Position numbers and translations under genes: made by a program. Below the pieces are notes generated by a model. It had not been told where the DNA came from, searched no databases, and saw only the letters and a program-made list of their open reading frames with translations. A stretch of DNA of 64,000 nucleotides from NCBI RefSeq assembly GCF_009914755.1, contig NC_060943.1; one strand, given 5' to 3'. This document shows, in pieces, positions 57,459 through 64,000 of the stretch. Position 1 is the first letter of the stretch, and every line of letters starts with the position of its first letter. This DNA comes from the human T2T-CHM13v2.0 reference genome, Homo sapiens.

Positions 57459-58303
57459 AAATATTTCTCCTTCACTAGACTCTGAACCATTGGTTCAGTA
57501 GTCATTCAGGTACGTGGTTCCTAACACATGGTAGGCATTTGGCAAATGTTTGTTCAACACGTGGATGGATAAGTTGTTTGGAGAGGACCCTTAGAGATCA
57601 TATGGTTCAATTCAGGCCTCCTACTTCCCAGACTTCTGCCACACAGATGGAGGGGGTTGCGTCATTTCCCCAAGGGCTGCTTTTCCAATGTTCTCATGTG
57701 CTGTTTTGAGTGTTATCAAAGTAATTTAAGCAGGCATAGGTCCTGCCATTTAAACTTTTCTAACATTTTTACTCTTGCCTGACCTCTACTCCTAGTTCCA
57801 GAGAAAAACCACAGAATATTAGACCTTGAAGGAAATCCCAGAGATTATTTAATTGAATTCCTTAATTCTGAAGTTTTTTTTTTTTTCAGTCTAAATGTAA
57901 TTTAACTGTTGGAGAAAATTTTGAAAGTACAAACAGAGAAATTATTATTCTTACCAACTGTTGGTATTTTGGCATATTTGTTACCTACATATGCTTTTTA
58001 TTAATATAGTGATAACCATAGCATGTAAACACATTCTCTTTTTCCATTCATAGGCATGTTGCTGTGTCATCTTCATAACACATTTTTAATGAATGCATAA
58101 TACTCTCAATAATTATGTGTTCCAAATTATTTAACTGCTTTCCCATTGCTGAATATTTAGAAAGTTTTATTTTTTAGATGTTGGTAAATTTCTTTGTTCT
58201 TGTAACTGTTTTCCAAATTTTAGATTATTTTCTTGAGAGAGAGTTCCCAAAGTGGAATTACTGGGTCAAAAGTTAAGAATTGCTTTCAGAAGAGCTGTAC
58301 TAA

Positions 58304-58717
<414 letters not shown>

Positions 58718-59282
58718 TAGTTTTTTCCTAACATGCATTGGAATAAACACATAAATATTAAAGTAAAAAGAAGCTTATTTACTTTCCACCTAAAATCAGT
58801 TTTGGGAACCACTGATACAGTGGCATAAGCATGCACTTTATATCCACATAGGCCTGGGGTCAGCTACTGGCTCTGTCACTTAACTGTCGACTTGGACAAG
58901 TCACTTGGCTTCTATGATCCTTGATTCCCTGATTTGTGAAAGGAGGGTGGTAAAATCCTCCTTGCAGAGTTGTTGGGAATAAGTGAGCTGCTGTGGGAGC
59001 CCAGTGTCCAGGCGGGTGTTGAGTACATGATGGTTATCATTGTGTTTATTGCTGTGGAATTCTGGTTATTTTCCAAAGTGAGTGTCTATGCTGGAATATT
59101 GGGCTTGTGGCTTTCTGCTGATGTGGATGTGTAAAGAAGTTACTTCCACTTGTTAGGATTTGTGGTGCATCTGTCATTATTTTCACTTCCCAGATCCACT
59201 ACATATTTGCTTTGTGATTTTGGACAAAGTTGTGTAACTTTTCTGTGCCTCATTTTCCTAATTTGTAAGATGTGGTTAATAA

Positions 59283-59956
<674 letters not shown>

Positions 59957-59979
59957 TACATGAGTGTGCGTGTGTGTTA

Positions 59980-61480
<1,501 letters not shown>

Positions 61481-61900
61481 AGAAAAAGTAAGAAATGCAT
61501 TAGATTTGTGAGGACAAATGAGATAGTAAGTGTGAAGTGATTAGAACAATGCTTGTGATATAGGAGTTCTTAATGTGTCTGATATTATAAGTAATTTTAT
61601 AATTAAATAATATTATAATTAATGAATAATCTGTTATTTTAAGTAATTTATTTCCTAATGACCTCATATATTCTCACTTATTTCTATTTCCCTTAACCCT
61701 GTGAAAAGCATATTGAGCATGTATGTGATTAAGAGATAAAATAAGATTAGACTTTATTCTGAGATTTATTTTGGGGATGGAGGAGCTATTATTTCCTTTA
61801 GCCACTAAGTAGCTCAGACTCAGGCCTGCACTGCAAAACTTTGCTTGGCTGGGAAACAAGATTTGAGCCCGGCCGCCACCCACTCGACGTGGTTTGTGAT

Positions 61901-61918
61901 GGCGCCCCCTGGTGGCGC
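61901..61918 (-). promoter_or_regulatory. Consensus CTCF motif in CXCL17 intron 1
   Basis: The - strand reads GCGCCACCAGGGGGCGCC, sitting in a small CpG-retaining patch within AT-rich DNA. Confidence 0.8.
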
Positions 61919-62220
61919 AGGGAGCTTTCCCCAGTTCCTCACCCTCGTGCTTTAGGAGCGACTTAGAAACTACTCAGTCCATTTATTAAACCCTTTCTAG
62001 GACACGCTGCGGATCATTTAATCTTCACAAGTGTGTGTGACAAGTGGTATTTTCTTCATTTTAAGATGATAAAACTGAAACTCAAAAAAGTGAGGCGACT
62101 TGTCTAGGGTTGCAAAGTGTGTGGCAGAGCCAGGATCTAGGTCCCCCTGACTTCCAAGCTGAGTGTAAAGGTCTAGGTGAGTCTAAAAGTGTGGCCATGC
62201 AGAGAAGTATTGGTGTAGAG

Positions 62221-62449
62221 CAGTGGTTGTTGACCAAGGGTGGTTCCCCCTCCGGGGTCATTTGGCGATGTCTAGAGATATTTTTGGCTGCCATAACAGG
62301 GGTTTGGATGAGGGAGAGGGGAGGCTGCTATTGGCATGTAGGGGAGAGAGGCCACGCGGATGCTGCTGAACATCTCACAATACACAGAACAGCCCCCACC
62401 GCAAGGAACTGTTCAGCCCAAATGTCAGTAGAGCTGCTATGAAGCCCTG
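62221..62449 (+). mobile_element. MER20 (hAT-Charlie) DNA transposon
   Basis: CAGTGGTT...catttggcgatgtctagagatatttttgg...gatgctgctgaacatc...acagccccc...gcccaaatgtcagta...CCCTG matches the MER20 pattern. Confidence 0.85.
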
Positions 62450-63549
62450 GTTTGATTTAGCAACCTGAGGATGCATTCTTGCAGTTAGCTAATGTTTGCT
62501 GAGTACTGAGCTGGATAGCGTGAGGGATATGGAAACAGTGCACCAGTCTGTGTCACCAAGTAGTTTGCAGCCTAGAAGGACAGGGGGTGGGGGCAGGAAA
62601 GGCACATGAAGGCCCTCAATATAAGGCAGCAGATGATAAGTGCAAGAAGAGAGTGTCCAGCAGGGCTAAGCCAGCGCTCAGGAGGGAGACCACATGTCTG
62701 GCTGTGGGAGGAACTGAAGGAAGCTGTGGGAAGGTGGTTTTGAGCTGGGTGTGTGAGCAAAGTTGAACTGGTGGAAAAACACAATACCTGTTCAGGGAAG
62801 GGCAAACAGGTTAGTTTGGTTGGAGAAATAGTATTTTTAGTGAGTAGAGGGAGGTACACTAGAAAGGCAGGTTGGGGCTACAGCTTTGAATCCAGGCAGA
62901 GGACTCTAGCCTGGGTGTCTGTCATAGTGATGGAAAAGTCTTCCCTTTCAGAACAGTGGTCTAGGCCCTAGGGCTATGGGGCTTAACAGCTTCCAGAGCA
63001 CTCTCTCTACAAAGGAGGGGATGTTGGAAATTGGGGTGGAGAAGGGAGAATGCCTCCTGATTTTAGGACCAAGTTGATGCTGAGTATGTAACATAGCCAT
63101 TTCACCTCAAAGTGGCCTTTGGGGAGATGGTGCTCACAAGCGGAAATATACATGGGGATCAGGTCTTTTCTGCGTGGTTGCTCTGTGCAGGGCTGGGCCA
63201 CTTTATAGTGAAAGCTGGAGCAGATTTGGAACCCCTAAGCTAAAGTCGGCTTCCCAAAATGTGAGCTGTTACAGCAGGGCTTGCTATGGATAAAGCTTCA
63301 AATATGGACACTACCTGGTGACAGGCTTTTTCTAGTTTATTACGTTACCAGTAAATAGCATTAAGACATGTTGGTGGCATTCCAGTGCACTGTAAAGAAT
63401 AGAAGCAAGGACTTCCTGATCTTCTATAAAGGTACCATTGCCTTCAACACTCTCCCACCATCATCATTAAGTTTAGCCATGAGAATTATGTTACTCTTTT
63501 GGAAAAGTGTTGGGGGAGAAGGCATGGGAGCAAATCTTTGTTGAGCTAG

Positions 63550-63807
<258 letters not shown>

Positions 63808-63826
63808 TAGTAGAGATGGAGTTTCA

Positions 63827-64000
<174 letters not shown>

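Overview
Human genomic DNA, rich in Alu elements and GC, recognisable from its proteins as the 19q13.2 locus. In order: the probable extreme 3' end of MEGF8 (+, only a polyA signal is visible), the complete CNFN gene (-, 112 aa, 3 coding exons), a CpG/CRE/CCAAT promoter consistent with the LIPE-AS1 lncRNA (+), the complete LIPE hormone-sensitive lipase gene (-), and exons 2-4 of CXCL17 (-, exon 1 lies beyond the window end). LIPE has 9 common exons plus alternative first exons T (testis, 1076 aa), A (about 821 aa) and B (adipocyte, non-coding, 775 aa). I reconstructed the exon chains by hand with GT-AG boundaries; CNFN and LIPE add up to the expected protein lengths, and CXCL17 does once its 79-nt first exon is assumed. 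Repeats include dozens of Alus, an Alu-fragmented Tigger1 transposon, MER53, MER20, MER44, an MLT1 LTR, L1/L2/MIR remnants, chr19-type MSR1 37-bp minisatellite clusters and microsatellites. I found no prokaryote-type system and no clearly new protein-coding gene. The most interesting observations are: (1) a period-19 direct repeat at the LIPE stop followed by an open 3'UTR frame, which reproduces the known V767Gfs*102 allele; (2) a candidate cassette exon adding 13 aa to CNFN; (3) phase-compatible CXCL17-LIPE read-through potential; (4) hexapeptide periodicity in the HSL testis extension; (5) MSR1 clusters beside several promoters; (6) CTCF motif geometry; (7) a perfect 38-bp duplication in the exon A CpG island.
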